Source: an uncultured virus (IMG/VR IMGVR_UViG_2049941000_000254) (taxonomy: Duplodnaviria; Heunggongvirae; Uroviricota; Caudoviricetes). Taken from it: a stretch of 64,000 nucleotides of DNA. Shown here in pieces: positions 41,517 through 51,384 of the stretch. Positions within the stretch are counted from its first letter, which is position 1, and each line of letters starts with the position of its first letter. Under the pieces are notes generated by a model. It saw only the letters and a list, made by a program, of their open reading frames with translations. It was not told the DNA's origin and did no database searches. The stretch is taken from the IMG/VR virus record IMGVR_UViG_2049941000_000254; one strand, given 5' to 3'. Both the position numbers and the translations under genes were made by a program.

Positions 41517-41696
41517 TCATATCGTGACACCACCACCTATTATGGTACCTACTATCCATCCGATACAACTACCTATTATGGAAGTAGTGACCGAGTACAT
41601 GTTAGGGGCCATTATAGGCACTACAAATCGGGAAAAGTAAGTTATGTACGACCGCACACGCGCAGTTATCCCGGTCGCGGTAGAAGTAAAAGATAG
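41517..41696 (+). CDS. C-terminal fragment with VRGHYR...GKVSYVRPHTRSYP motif
   Basis: VxGxxRxxGxxVxxHxR-type motif; 5' end in gap. Confidence 0.6.
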   Translation, partial: SYRDTTTYYGTYYPSDTTTYYGSSDRVHVRGHYRHYKSGKVSYVRPHTRSYPGRGRSKR

Positions 41697-41704
41697 GAGG
41701 GTAT

Positions 41705-41980
41705 ATGGTACGAAATCGTGAAATGTTTATCTGGTGGTTAATACTTACACTTATTCAATTTGGTTTACCTTTTGTCGATACCCGCATATACACCCCTTTG
41801 TGGATATTGACAATAGCCACATGTCCTCTATTCCTCGCAATACTAGGCCCACTTTCGCATCACCTAATAACCGATAATGAAAATGACCCTGGTGCACAAG
41901 TAGTATATGGTGTAGCAGTATTATGCGCGTTATGGTACTGTTATCCTATATTCCTCACAGTCATATATTGCATTAAATAG
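41705..41980 (+). CDS. small membrane protein (about 3 TM)
   Basis: GGAGG SD; hydrophobic segments. Confidence 0.7.
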   Translation: MVRNREMFIWWLILTLIQFGLPFVDTRIYTPLWILTIATCPLFLAILGPLSHHLITDNENDPGAQVVYGVAVLCALWYCYPIFLTVIYCIK

Positions 41981-42069
41981 CCAACCGTGTACCTGGGGTG
42001 CCCCGGTCGTGGGGACCCGGTGGTACATCGTAGGCGCATAACGAAAACAAACCGAAAGGAGACAACCTT

Positions 42070-42297
42070 ATGAAGAAAATGATTGGACTTATTATCGCAT
42101 CTGCCACAATGGCATGTGCCTTCTGCCAATATATGTCCAAGTCGGGAGAATATACTTCAAGCCGTACCTTTAACAACGGTTCAGTATATAGCTCCAAGGT
42201 GTGCGTATATGGGGATGGCGATTATCATATCCCCGTGGCNNNNNNNNNNCCTATTTCGGGAACAACCATGTCATGCCCTACGGGGTGCTTTTGGTGA
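42070..42297 (+). CDS. small secreted Cys-containing protein (gapped)
   Basis: Repeat and SD; signal peptide. Confidence 0.6.
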   Translation: MKKMIGLIIASATMACAFCQYMSKSGEYTSSRTFNNGSVYSSKVCVYGDGDYHIPVXXXXPISGTTMSCPTGCFW

Positions 42298-42512
42298 CTG
42301 ACGGCGAGACCGAGAAGGCCTGCCGTACCAAGGGCGACCGATGGGACGACGGTTGGGACGGCCCGCAGTACATCACCTTCAAGCGGAAGCGGTACCGGGT
42401 GGTTCGCGAGGGCAGGTCGTTCGCGGAGAAGTTCAGTTTGAGGCCCATGTAGCCAACCGTGTGACCGGGTGTCCCCGATCGNNNNNNNNNNTTCCCTCCC
42501 AACAAGGAATCC

Positions 42513-43043
42513 GTGGAGAAGTGTCATGTTCGCGACCACGGGAACATAGAATGTTGGTTCACGGTAAACGGGGTGAAGTATGTTCTTCACTACAATCCCA
42601 AGCTCGCGGGCTATGACGGCATGCCTGCGGAGGCACGGGAGAACTGCGTGATTTCCCGAGAAATCGACGGCAAGTCGTTCAACTGCACTACGCAGTATGC
42701 AATCCCTGGCATGCCCGAGGTGGGTGCCTACCAGAAACGGACGTATGACTATTTCGGGAAGAATGCGGCTGTGGACTCCTTCATGAACCCGACCGAGAAG
42801 ATGCTTCTCGATACCTTCATCAACCCGTTCGTGAAGGATTACAACATCGCAACGTTTACGCAGATTACCGAAGCGGATGCGTTTTGGAACGGCCTCACAG
42901 CAAGTGAGAAGGAAGCCGTGGTCGCCATGTTCAAGGCGGTCCGCGCAATAGCGAGGNNNNNNNNNNACGGGAATCCTCTCTACGCCCTCTATCTTCAAAG
43001 CGGATGCGTGGACGAGAAGTGCTGGTTGAACGCCCAGGGCTGA
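42513..43043 (+). CDS. hypothetical protein (gapped)
   Basis: Open frame with AAGGA before GTG. Confidence 0.5.
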   Translation: MEKCHVRDHGNIECWFTVNGVKYVLHYNPKLAGYDGMPAEARENCVISREIDGKSFNCTTQYAIPGMPEVGAYQKRTYDYFGKNAAVDSFMNPTEKMLLDTFINPFVKDYNIATFTQITEADAFWNGLTASEKEAVVAMFKAVRAIARXXXXGNPLYALYLQSGCVDEKCWLNAQG

Positions 43044-43188
43044 CGGAATCACGGGTACGAGGACGATATTGAAATCACCCTCAAATACAGCCCTAGACTG
43101 GCCTACCGTGTCCAATGGGTCCCATGTGTGAGGGGACCTGGTGGGACACCGTATGGGCATGAACAATTAACCGAAAGGAGACACTAAT

Positions 43189-43643
43189 ATGGCCAAGGTT
43201 GACAACATCGAAATCCACCCGAGCGAAGTGGATGACCTCAAACGCATCTTCAAGGACCCGGTACTTCACATCTACAAGACCCGCAAGGGCAATCGTGACG
43301 AATACCGCCTTGAACTCACCGACCGCAAGACGGGAATCAAGGCAGAAATCGACACGGGCAACGAGGCGGGATTCGTATTCAAGGCCTACGATACCCCGGA
43401 CTTCGAGGACATTTGGGTGGGCTTCAAGGCAGACGGCCTGGACTTCGACCTCAATATCTTCGACCTCTATCTGTACGGGCCGCGTGACAAGGACGGCGAC
43501 CTTTACGGGTCGTATGAAAAGGACTGTGGCCTTTATGCGACCGTCTGCACGGTTGACGAGAACGGTTCCACCATTACAGAACCGTCCGTATATGTCGAGA
43601 CGCATGTCCACTACCGAGACGAGAGTGGGAATGTGATTGACTT
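43189..43643 (+). CDS. hypothetical protein, 3' end in gap
   Basis: Repeat, SD and ATG. Confidence 0.75.
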
Positions 43644-43819
43644 NNNNNNNNNNNNNNNNNNNNNNNNNNNNNNNNNNNNNNNNNTGTGACGATGGGTCGA
43701 ACTACCTTCTTAAGCTCGCCGCATGGGACGGGTCCAAGTAGCCAACCGTGTGCCCGGTGTCCCATGAAGATGGGGACCTGGTGGCACATCGTATGGGCAT
43801 AACAATCAAGGAGACAACC

Positions 43820-44437
43820 ATGACAAAGAAGAAATTACCGCTTATCGAGAGTGACGAATCCGTCCGCGTATGGGTGAACAAGAAACTGGGCAAGGTAGTG
43901 ACCGACATGATGGGCACGGGTGACAACCTCCTGCCGGAAGATTACGATGCGGGCTACGGAGCCTATTCGCTCCCGTCCGTCTACAACATCGAGGACCTGC
44001 CGGAAGGCTCGTTCAAGGTGTCCGACCTTGAAGATGTGTACGATGGCGACATCGACTACGCCGGGGACAGCGTGTCTGCCGACAACAGTTCCATGGTGCT
44101 CATGAAGGACATGGACGATTACGACAAGCCGGAGCATTTCGATGCCGTGATGGAAGAACTCGACCTAGACAAGACGGGTTGGAAGCAGGTAATCGGCCCG
44201 GCCATGGAACCTGCCACCGAGGCCAAGGAGCACAAGAAGGAAACGGAGCCAAAGAAGGCCGAAAAGAAGGCCGAATTTCGCATCACATTCAATGCGGAAA
44301 TCTACATCGAAGCCGGAAGCAAGGAAGAAGCCTTGAAGTTGTTTGCCGACCAGTTCGATGTTACCGAACTGTTCACCTTGAAGGCAAGACAGCATGGCGC
44401 ACGGAACCTGGAAACCAGTTCCGTAGAGGAAAATTAG
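43820..44437 (+). CDS. acidic hypothetical protein
   Basis: Repeat, SD and ATG. Confidence 0.8.
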   Translation: MTKKKLPLIESDESVRVWVNKKLGKVVTDMMGTGDNLLPEDYDAGYGAYSLPSVYNIEDLPEGSFKVSDLEDVYDGDIDYAGDSVSADNSSMVLMKDMDDYDKPEHFDAVMEELDLDKTGWKQVIGPAMEPATEAKEHKKETEPKKAEKKAEFRITFNAEIYIEAGSKEEALKLFADQFDVTELFTLKARQHGARNLETSSVEEN

Positions 44438-44662
44438 CCGACCGTGGAACAAATCAAGGCTACCGTCCTGCGCTACCTCGATTATAAGTTCGAGAACGCG
44501 AGGGTCATCGACGATTACCGCGATACCGTGGTCGAGGGTCTCCAGGCCCGCTACACGAACAAGGAAGAACTCCGCGCAGATGTCGAGCGCATCTTCGAGG
44601 AAGGTGAAGAATTTTTTGAACCCGAAGAATAAATTTTTTGAAAAAAAGGAGGCATTAGAGCC

Positions 44663-44998
44663 ATGGCATTAAATATCGAAACGGTCGAGACCGTAGTCNN
44701 NNNNNNNNAACTTGCTGAGGAAGGCATCGTGTTCACGGTCCTCTACGACAAGTCCCCCGACATCAACATCCACTACCGTGCCAACTATGACCACGCGGAT
44801 GCGTATGTGCATGAAAGTGGCAAAGACGGTAAGCCGAATTACGAAATCTACCTCAATGGGCGCAAAATCATCGAGCAGGAATTTGACCTGGAGAAGATAC
44901 TCCTCAAAGACCTTCTCTACACGGTCGCGGTATGCACAGGGGACCTTGACCAGTCCATCGAGGATTTCAACGAGGATATCGAGCATCTAACTGTCTAG
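44663..44998 (+). CDS. hypothetical protein, paralog of 47014-47334
   Basis: GGAGG SD; shared LAxEGI, YRANYDHA and TGxxDQxIExF. Confidence 0.8.
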   Translation: MALNIETVETVVXXXXLAEEGIVFTVLYDKSPDINIHYRANYDHADAYVHESGKDGKPNYEIYLNGRKIIEQEFDLEKILLKDLLYTVAVCTGDLDQSIEDFNEDIEHLTV

Positions 44999-45006
44999 GA
45001 GGCAAC

Positions 45007-45471
45007 ATGATTACGATGAAGGAATATCGCGAGTGCAAGGAAAANNNNNNNNNNNNNNNNNNNNNNNNNNNNNNNNNNNNNNATTTCGAGCGTTCGGTAA
45101 TCGTGGCCGCAATAGTGACCGGGAACCTTGTGAACACTTCAATACCAGATGTGACTGCGGTGGTGCCGGATTCCAATGGCGGAATTTGGCTCCATGAGTA
45201 CGATATCGCGCACCACATTCCCAGAAAGGAACTCCGTTCCATGATGAAGGGAGGTGGCCGTTGGGTCGTTGAGTTCAAGGACATCCACTGCAACCGGGAG
45301 TACCGCATCTTCGATGACAAGAAGTCCGCAAATCGCTACTATGACGAATGCATGGCCCGTACTGCGGAATGCGCCGATGAAGGCGATGACTATGACATCG
45401 AATGGGTAGACATCAACTGGTACGACTGGGCAGATTTCCCGGAAGAAGCCCTGGACTACGCCGACCTGTAG
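45007..45471 (+). CDS. hypothetical protein (gapped)
   Basis: GGAGG SD. Confidence 0.6.
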   Translation: MITMKEYRECKEXXXXXXXXXXXXXXFERSVIVAAIVTGNLVNTSIPDVTAVVPDSNGGIWLHEYDIAHHIPRKELRSMMKGGGRWVVEFKDIHCNREYRIFDDKKSANRYYDECMARTAECADEGDDYDIEWVDINWYDWADFPEEALDYADL

Positions 45472-45548
45472 CCAACCGTGTGCCATGTGTCCCCCGGATA
45501 AGGGGACCCGGTGGCACATCGTAAGGTCATGACAATCAAGGAGATAAC

Positions 45549-45932
45549 ATGGTAGTAAATATAATCACGACTTTGAACAAGAACCAGTTATTCACGAAGA
45601 ATTTCCCGGTCGAGGGTATTTGTGCGCGTGTTGCCGTGTTGAAGGAATGGGCAACCTATTACATCGCAGACGGAGAGGAAGATAACATCAAGGATGTTGT
45701 CGTGTACGGCAACGACCCGGCGGGAACGGTTGTACCCTTCGAGACCCGAAAGGAAACCTGTGAAACTGTGTCCAGTCTAATCGACGCCGCTACGAACAAG
45801 GTAGTAATCAACTGCCTGGACGGAAATGTGCTCGTTGCTAATGTTCGCATGTTCGTCACTAGCAAGACCCCGTATCCCGAGAAGCATTGGGGACCGTGGC
45901 GCGAATGCACCCCGGAGGACTGGAAAGGATAA
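45549..45932 (+). CDS. hypothetical protein
   Basis: Repeat, SD and ATG. Confidence 0.8.
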   Translation: MVVNIITTLNKNQLFTKNFPVEGICARVAVLKEWATYYIADGEEDNIKDVVVYGNDPAGTVVPFETRKETCETVSSLIDAATNKVVINCLDGNVLVANVRMFVTSKTPYPEKHWGPWRECTPEDWKG

Positions 45933-45941
45933 ATTAACAAA

Positions 45942-46075
45942 TGTCGGATGGTGGAATTTGGCAGACACGGGGCGGTAAAGCAGAGAGAACTGTGGGCCGC
46001 TCGGCACTATCTAAACAGTAGCACCTGACGGTTCGAGTCCGTNNNNNNNNNNCGGTTCGAGTCCGTCTCCGGCAC
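45942..46075 (+). tRNA. tRNA-Leu-like gene with enlarged non-canonical anticodon arm
   Basis: GTCGGAT/TCCGGC acceptor, GGTGGAATTTGGCAGACAC D arm, GACGG-TTCGAGT-CCGTC T arm (duplicated across a 10-N gap); no 7-nt anticodon loop. Confidence 0.6.
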
Positions 46076-46253
46076 CTATCTATCCTACCATTGTTCCATG
46101 TCACGAAAGTTGGGAACAGTTCGGTGGCACCACGGAAGAACTCCACATCACCGTACCCGTGGCCGACAAGTACAGCGCATGGCTCCATGGAGCCGAAGAA
46201 GAATAAAATGGTGACAAACATGGTACAGCACTTTACAAGGTAGTGTGATGGGG

Positions 46254-46346
46254 TGGCGGTAGCCCAATAGGATAGAGGCGGGGCCATTACGGCCCGTTCA
46301 TGGTACACCCAGTTAGCAGTTGCAGGTTCGAAGCCTAGCTCGCCAT
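46254..46346 (+). tRNA. degenerate tRNA-like gene
   Basis: TGGCGG/TCGCCA acceptor, TAGCCCAATAGGATAGAGGC D arm, AGG-TTCGAAG-CCT T arm; 5-nt loop in the anticodon arm. Confidence 0.45.
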
Positions 46347-46433
46347 TCACCCATCCTACCGTGTTCCTGGTGTTCCCCGTTCGAAGGCACCCGGTGGCAC
46401 ATCGTATGGTCATCACTTCAAAAGGAGACAATT

Positions 46434-46928
46434 ATGCAGTCCAATTTCGCAAAACTGGCCCAGTTGGCCACAAACACCGTCCGCATGGACGAAGCATCCA
46501 AGATTATCGGCAAGCAGGACGAAAGCCGTACCTTGCTTTCCACCCTCGCGCCCCTTTTCGCGACCGTCATTGACGCGGAACTGGCTCATGCCATGGAGCA
46601 GAACCTTTCCGGCCTTTCCAAGGACGATGACATCGGCGTGGAGGACAGCAAGTTCGAGGTGGGCAAGTCTGCCGATGAAGGCACCCGTTGGCTTGACTAC
46701 ATCTTCATGCTCACGGGCAATTTCCCCGGCGTTATCAAGTTGCGCCTCACCATCTGTACCGCCCCGGACAAAATCGACTTCTACATGCAGACCCTGGCCC
46801 AGGACGATGAAGGCAAGGTGATTGACGATAACAGTATCGGGGAAGCCGAAATCAAGGGTATCCCGTTTGCCCTCCCGATGGCGGTGTCGATGATGCTCGA
46901 TGCCTGCAAGAAGAAGGGCGAGGCATAG
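46434..46928 (+). CDS. hypothetical protein
   Basis: Repeat, SD and ATG. Confidence 0.8.
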   Translation: MQSNFAKLAQLATNTVRMDEASKIIGKQDESRTLLSTLAPLFATVIDAELAHAMEQNLSGLSKDDDIGVEDSKFEVGKSADEGTRWLDYIFMLTGNFPGVIKLRLTICTAPDKIDFYMQTLAQDDEGKVIDDNSIGEAEIKGIPFALPMAVSMMLDACKKKGEA

Positions 46929-47013
46929 CTAACCGTGTTCCCGGCGTGTCCCGATCGAGGGCACCCGGCGTCACATCGTATGGGCAACAATCAACAAGCT
47001 AGGGAGGCTTACC

Positions 47014-47334
47014 ATGGAATTTAAGGACGAAATCATCAAGAGACTTGCCGACGAAGGCATCTTGTTCACGAAGAACAACACGGGAAGCATACTTACCTAC
47101 CGTGCCAACTATGACCATGCGGAAGTCACCGTGTTCGCGGGCCGTTCCTACCAGGGTTTCTTGCCGCATTTCAAGATTATGTGTGATGGCATGGAAACGG
47201 TAAACAAGGCATTTCCCGAGGATGCGGACCTGGAGAAGGTACTGCGCGATGTTGNNNNNNNNNNCACGGGCAACATGGACCAGGCCATCGAGAACTTCCA
47301 GGAAACCATAGGTGGCTACAAGGACCTCAAGTAG
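47014..47334 (+). CDS. hypothetical protein, paralog of 44663-44998
   Basis: Repeat, GGAGG and ATG. Confidence 0.8.
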   Translation: MEFKDEIIKRLADEGILFTKNNTGSILTYRANYDHAEVTVFAGRSYQGFLPHFKIMCDGMETVNKAFPEDADLEKVLRDVXXXXTGNMDQAIENFQETIGGYKDLK

Positions 47335-47411
47335 CCAACCGTGTGTCCGGTGTCCCACGTAACCGGGGACCCGGTGACACATCGTATGGACAACAAACAA
47401 GGAGACACTCA

Positions 47412-47723
47412 ATGAGTACCGATAAAACCTCTCTCAACACCCCGTTAGCCCAGGTAGACTACGGCGTGATTGTTGACTACCCGCATTCCGTGAAGTTTGT
47501 CGCAATCCTTTCCGACGTGGCAGGGGTCGCGTTGGACGAAACTGCGGAAATACTCTTCCCGAAGCCGTCCCATCCGTGCTTCTCGGTAACGGGGAACCAT
47601 ATCGCGACGAGCGACGAGGTGTTCGCGAAACTTGTATCCTGGCTATCGGACAAGAAGCTCATGTACAGCACAAGCGACATGGACATGTACGCGAATAAGA
47701 TACACTACCTGGCCAACGCATAG
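47412..47723 (+). CDS. hypothetical protein
   Basis: Repeat, SD and ATG. Confidence 0.8.
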   Translation: MSTDKTSLNTPLAQVDYGVIVDYPHSVKFVAILSDVAGVALDETAEILFPKPSHPCFSVTGNHIATSDEVFAKLVSWLSDKKLMYSTSDMDMYANKIHYLANA

Positions 47724-47806
47724 GCCAACCGTGTTGGCCGGATGCCGGATGCCACGGCACCCGGCAACACATCGTATGGTCATAGCAAAATTAAAGGCGA
47801 GAACCC

Positions 47807-48208
47807 ATGAAGGAAACGAAACTTGAAACTATCCTCCACATGACCAAGGTGCTGAACAATTTCAAGGAACAGCACCCCGGCATCATAGACATCGGCGTGA
47901 TGGGGGTCGATACATTCTTCGATACCCTGGGCAAGAACCTTCCTTCCTGGGCGAAGAAGAACGCGGAACCCCACAAGGGCGGCTACGCAGGGTACATCCG
48001 TATCAAGTGTTCCGAGACGCTGAGAAAGAAACTGGACTACCCGTCCATCTGGGAGTACCAGTTCAGCGACAAGGCCGAGGATGCAATAATTGGCGCAGTC
48101 CAGGTCATGCACGCCGTATGTACCGCCCGTGGCAACAAGGGCGAGGCAGAGTTCCTGGGTAGCATTTCAAGGGACCTCCGTTCACTTGATTTCAACCCTA
48201 CCGTGTAG
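47807..48208 (+). CDS. hypothetical protein; stop codon inside next repeat
   Basis: Ends ...CCT ACC GTG TAG. Confidence 0.75.
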   Translation: MKETKLETILHMTKVLNNFKEQHPGIIDIGVMGVDTFFDTLGKNLPSWAKKNAEPHKGGYAGYIRIKCSETLRKKLDYPSIWEYQFSDKAEDAIIGAVQVMHAVCTARGNKGEAEFLGSISRDLRSLDFNPTV

Positions 48209-48277
48209 ACGGCACCACGCGAACAAGGGGACCCAGTGGAACATCGTATGGGTATAACAAACAACAAGGAGACAAGC

Positions 48278-48883
48278 ATGACAAAGATTGAAAAAGAATA
48301 CATGGAAAAACAGTTCGCCAAGGCCGTGAAGGCTTGCGAGATGGTCGCCAAGAAGAACGCCTGTGTCAAGGAACTCACAGTCCTCAAAAAGGATAAGTTT
48401 TGGAACACTTGGGCAAAGGTGAACGGTTATTCTAGCCTCGTAAAGAAAACACATCGTTTCGTTGCGGTTCTCCGCTTGAACTTCGACAACGGAGGTGAAC
48501 TGTGCTACTCGGTGAGTAATTCCAAACAGCCGGAAATCGCCGTCCTCGATGTCATCAAGATGGCGATTGTTGGATGGACACCGATACCCGATAGCCAAAC
48601 CATAGGCACCTTTTCCAAGTACGGTTCCGTCGCCAAGAAGAATTTCAAGAAGGTCAAGCGTCTCATGGATGCCTTCGTCAAGGCGATGGAAGCACCCGAG
48701 AAGAAAAAGGTACGCAAGGCATACAACATCAAGTGGGACACTGATGGTGCAACCTTGAAGGAATGTGGCCTCCCTCGTTCCGTGGTCATCCCGGACGATG
48801 TTGCCGATGATGAAGTTGGTGACTGGCTATCAGATACATACGGCTTCTGTCATGACGGCTACATGACGAATTTTGACGAATAA
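48278..48883 (+). CDS. basic hypothetical protein (NIKWDTDG...WLSDTYGFCH C-terminal module)
   Basis: Repeat and SD; C-terminal module recognised from phage/MGE hypotheticals. Confidence 0.8.
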   Translation: MTKIEKEYMEKQFAKAVKACEMVAKKNACVKELTVLKKDKFWNTWAKVNGYSSLVKKTHRFVAVLRLNFDNGGELCYSVSNSKQPEIAVLDVIKMAIVGWTPIPDSQTIGTFSKYGSVAKKNFKKVKRLMDAFVKAMEAPEKKKVRKAYNIKWDTDGATLKECGLPRSVVIPDDVADDEVGDWLSDTYGFCHDGYMTNFDE

Positions 48884-48891
48884 ACACATTT

Positions 48892-49014
48892 GGATAGGTG
48901 GCCCCGCGAGATAATCGCAGAATAAGGCGCGGAGCAGGCCATACCCTGGGAGAAAGCCGAACTGCGGGCAAGTATCACGAAACCTGGAAAGCCGAAGGGG
49001 TCCAGGGCCTATCC
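48892..49014 (+). ncRNA. candidate multi-stem structured RNA
   Basis: GGATAGG/CCTATCC closing stem enclosing TGGCC/GGCCA and CCCTGG/CCAGGG stems. Confidence 0.45.
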
Positions 49015-49361
49015 TCCACCTTTTAACCTACCGTGCGCCAGGTGTTCCCCGATCGGGGGGACCCGGTGCTTCATCGTATGGGCATAACTCAAACAAAGGA
49101 GACAACCAATGACCTTTACCAAACTTCTCGCAATTCTCAACAAGAAATGCCCCATGTATGAGGTCGGGCATGAGACCGGGGCCAAGGTGCTTTTCGGGAA
49201 TGGAGGCGGCACCATAGATTGGTGCGNNNNNNNNNNCACTTTGGTTTCACCTTCGGGAGCGACGATGCCGAATGGCTCGATGAAACAGGTCACACACCCG
49301 TATGGACCAAAATCCAGGACGAACGTTTCCTTGAACAACTCTTAAAGAAGGAGGCTTAACA

Positions 49362-49733
49362 ATGGCAGATAATCAAGTAAAATGGTGTGCGGTGCGGTCC
49401 ATGTACTCCACGCAATTCGATGTCGCTCAGGTGGATAATGCAAAGTGCAAGATGGTCTTTGTTGAACACGGCAAAAAGTTGTTCGCATCATACGACAAGG
49501 CCGTTGAAGATGCACAGCGTCTCACCAAAGAACGCAACTGTGCCCAATGGGAATTTTCTCGACTGGTTAATGAGTTTAGCCGGAAAGCATCCACCATGGC
49601 AAATGACCAAACCTTCTTCCCACATGGTTTGCATTCCGATACCAAGGAATCCATCTATGCGGCAATCCGCATGCTTCGGTCGCTTGCGGACAACATGGTT
49701 GCGGCTGAATTGGCCGAACGACTGTCAAAATAA
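49362..49733 (+). CDS. hypothetical protein
   Basis: GGAGG SD. Confidence 0.75.
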   Translation: MADNQVKWCAVRSMYSTQFDVAQVDNAKCKMVFVEHGKKLFASYDKAVEDAQRLTKERNCAQWEFSRLVNEFSRKASTMANDQTFFPHGLHSDTKESIYAAIRMLRSLADNMVAAELAERLSK

Positions 49734-49755
49734 TTTTTCATTTTTGGAGGCCGAC

Positions 49756-50190
49756 ATGGCAAAGAAGAAACTCGCCGAACGCAAGTTCTCTAGTGGGGAA
49801 CTGAAACAGATTAACGCAAAGAAGTACCTTTCCTGGAAATGTACTCGCAAGAAGGTCATCGAGGGGAACAAGACGGATTTCGCCCTGTTCACGTTGAGCG
49901 ATACTTTCGTGCATGAGCATCACTCCATAGGAATCAGCCCGGTAATAGTTTCGCGAACCAATACCGAACTTCGGTTGGGTTATAAGGTGGTCGTTTCGTT
50001 CACCGAGAAGGATGTCGCAAAGCGTTTCTCCGCAATCGCCGCGCCGTCCNNNNNNNNNNCCGAAGGTAATGTCGATATCGCCATCTACGAGGCGACTCGT
50101 TTGGCCAATGCACAAAACAACCTGCTGTGGACCATGCCCGATGGGACTGTCCGTACAGGTGCCAAGCGTCGCAGGAAGACTACCGTGTAG
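49756..50190 (+). CDS. hypothetical protein; stop codon inside next repeat
   Basis: GGAGG SD (MAKKKL...); ends ACC GTG TAG; contains gap. Confidence 0.65.
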   Translation: MAKKKLAERKFSSGELKQINAKKYLSWKCTRKKVIEGNKTDFALFTLSDTFVHEHHSIGISPVIVSRTNTELRLGYKVVVSFTEKDVAKRFSAIAAPSXXXXEGNVDIAIYEATRLANAQNNLLWTMPDGTVRTGAKRRRKTTV

Positions 50191-50457
50191 CGGGCATGCC
50201 CCGATCTCGGGCACCTGATGGNNNNNNNNNNAATGTGGGTCGCCCGTGCCTACTTCGGCGATGGTAACACCGTCAAGGCGGGGGTGAACCTATCCGACAG
50301 GACAATCGAGTGTCTTGAATGGGCCGAGAATGAACTTGGGAAGGAACAGTACACTATGCCCTATGCCACCGAAATCGCCATCACAATCAAGTACCTCAAA
50401 GCCCGAAAGGANNNNNNNNNNACATCGTATTGGCAACGAACAACAAAGGAGACAATC

Positions 50458-50850
50458 ATGAGCATTTATGCAGTAATCGGTTCCGGTTTCAGCGAAGTTC
50501 CGCGCAGGGAAATGAACGGAACGGTCAGCAAGGCATTCCCCCTCATTACCTGTGCTTCCCGCTTCGAGGAACGCCAGGATGCCGTCAATGACCTTATCAA
50601 GCGTCTGGAAGACATCGTGATGAATGCCGAGGACGATGTGGTGCTTTCTACCTACAGCCAGGTCGGTACCCCGTTCGGAAACCTCGACACCAACATGACC
50701 TTCTCCAAGACGGTCTTCGATGAAGACCACCCGGATGCCAACCTTGGCCAACTCCGCATCTGCCTGGAAATTTATCGCCACGACCATGTGGAAGTGGAAG
50801 TGGGCGGTGACAAGGCAACCTACGCAATCGTTTGCATCAAGGAGGACTAA
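50458..50850 (+). CDS. hypothetical protein
   Basis: Repeat right arm, SD and ATG. Confidence 0.75.
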   Translation: MSIYAVIGSGFSEVPRREMNGTVSKAFPLITCASRFEERQDAVNDLIKRLEDIVMNAEDDVVLSTYSQVGTPFGNLDTNMTFSKTVFDEDHPDANLGQLRICLEIYRHDHVEVEVGGDKATYAIVCIKED

Positions 50851-50852
50851 CC

Positions 50853-51246
50853 ATGATTACCCGTCTCAATCTCGACTGCATCGCGACCGCCTATCCCTAC
50901 GAATACCGCGCTTTCAGCGAAGCCTATTCCGATTTCGATGACAAGTATTCCCCGGCAGGTGAACTCGGCGAACAGGCCCGTTTAGTGGCCAATGCGGCCA
51001 CTAACCCGGACTACCTCATTGATGATGAAGCCGATNNNNNNNNNNTTCGTCAAGGCAATCAAGGACATCATCGACCGTTTCGCCAATGATGGAATCCGCG
51101 TGTTCCCTGCGGTTCTCGACTCCGAAACCCAGTTCGAACTGTTCTTCGGCGTGGAAAATCCCACCCGCGAACTCATCGACCTCATGGGTGACAAGGTTGT
51201 CACCGAGGAATACGAGGACAGCCCGGACATCTTTGTGGCATGGTAA
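50853..51246 (+). CDS. acidic hypothetical protein (frame broken by gap)
   Basis: GGAGG SD (MITRLNL...). Confidence 0.6.
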
Positions 51247-51384
51247 CGAAATTCTCCATGCTAGCATTCCGAAATGTTAGTATGCAGTAAAATGTTAGAT
51301 AGGATCCTACCGTGTACAGGGGATACCCCGGTGACTGGGGCCTGGTGGCACATCGTATGGACAACAAGCAACAAGGAGACAAAC

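Noticed and set aside
50182..50430. Apparent insertion of a coding fragment inside a repeat
   Set aside because: The insert is flanked by 10-N gaps on both sides; likely mis-scaffolding
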